The notes below the pieces were generated by a model that did not search any database, was not told where the DNA came from, and was given only the letters and a program-made list of their open reading frames with translations. Of a DNA stretch of 14,733 nt, positions 14,336 to 14,733 are shown piece after piece. The position numbers and the translations under genes are program-made. The DNA comes from a virus, in UHGV virus genome UHGV-1964037; one strand, 5' to 3'. Position 1 is the stretch's first letter. Each line of letters opens with the position of its first letter.

Positions 14336-14387
14336 GTTGTTGGGGATAACCAGATTAACCGAATCCTTGTTGTTGGGGAATAACCAG
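14336..14387. repeat. two direct repeats GTTGTTGGGGA(A)TAACCAG immediately upstream of the 144-aa gene
   Basis: 14336-14353 and 14369-14387, 18 and 19 bp, differing by a single A insertion, start-to-start 33 bp. In minus sense each contains TTATCCCCA or TTATTCCCCA, loosely DnaA-box-like. Confidence 0.85.
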
Positions 14388-14604
14388 GTCCACCTCGCCT
14401 GATGTGGCTAAAAGCAGGCACATAACAGCTAAGTATTTTTAACCAGAGAGAATCCTTAGCGTTGTGGTGAATGCGGCTCAGCGCACGCGGGTTAAGGTTG
14501 AGGCTGACAGTCGACCTTCTGTGGATACCCACCCGTCTGGTGTGCAACCTTCGCCAGGCACCGGGAGGCACCCGGCACCACAACTTTATGCTGTGTGTAG
14601 TCCT

Positions 14605-14651
14605 GGAGGTACCAGTTTGTACCCTTGCTTCCGGCTGGTACCGTCCTTTTT
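14605..14651 (+). terminator. terminator-like hairpin with T5 run on the plus strand
   Basis: GGAGGTACCAG / CTGGTACC(G)TCC stem with a 19-nt loop, followed by TTTTT (14647-14651). Lies about 25 nt downstream of the 22-bp element copy. Confidence 0.4.
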
Positions 14652-14733
14652 ACAAAACAGAGAAGAGCATCACCGGACGACGGGCTCATAACCCAATCCA
14701 TCCGGGCGGCTGCCACCGCAGGTGTTCTTCTCT

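Noticed and set aside
14239-14716. ORFs 14239-14583 (minus), 14464-14691 (plus) and 14492-14716 (minus) near the window end
   Set aside because: They overlap each other, span the 22-mer element and a terminator hairpin, and have Pro/Arg/Gly-rich composition. The region is more plausibly noncoding RNA or regulatory DNA.
1-14733. CRISPR arrays, IS elements, integrase or attachment sites
   Set aside because: No regularly spaced direct repeats, no terminal inverted repeats flanking a transposase-like ORF, and no integrase-like ORF in the window. The prophage ends lie outside it.

Overview
This 14.7 kb window is the immunity-to-lysis part of a lambdoid prophage of an enterobacterium (E. coli-like). 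Nearly all genes are on the minus strand, so phage early and late transcription runs from high to low coordinates. Order from high to low: a putative AT-rich moron with two convergent small ORFs (13708-14320); a CI-type S24 repressor on the plus strand (12834-13460) divergent from cro (12536-12736) across an operator region with 14-bp CTAAG..TTAG palindromes; a tightly packed early operon with overlapping stop/start codons (CII-like, Rha-domain protein, two small ORFs, O-like replication protein, PerC-like regulator, Dam-type methyltransferase, LexA-DNA-binding-domain-only protein, RusA); a KilA-N protein; a DUF968/HNH-like protein; antiterminator Q (5056-5448); about 1 kb of mostly noncoding, hairpin-rich DNA; a nanS-p-like esterase gene broken by a frameshift in a C9/A8 homopolymer (2144-4073); two small ORFs; and the lysis cassette (dual-start class II holin, SAR endolysin, two tiny membrane-protein ORFs, start of Rz). 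I found no stx genes, tRNA, CRISPR array or IS element. The observations I rate highest are the candidate defence/exclusion moron next to cI, an exact 22-bp inverted repeat shared by the Q-downstream and immunity-left noncoding regions, the LexA-domain-only protein, and the frameshifted esterase. All calls come from reading the sequence and recalling protein families; no database search was run.
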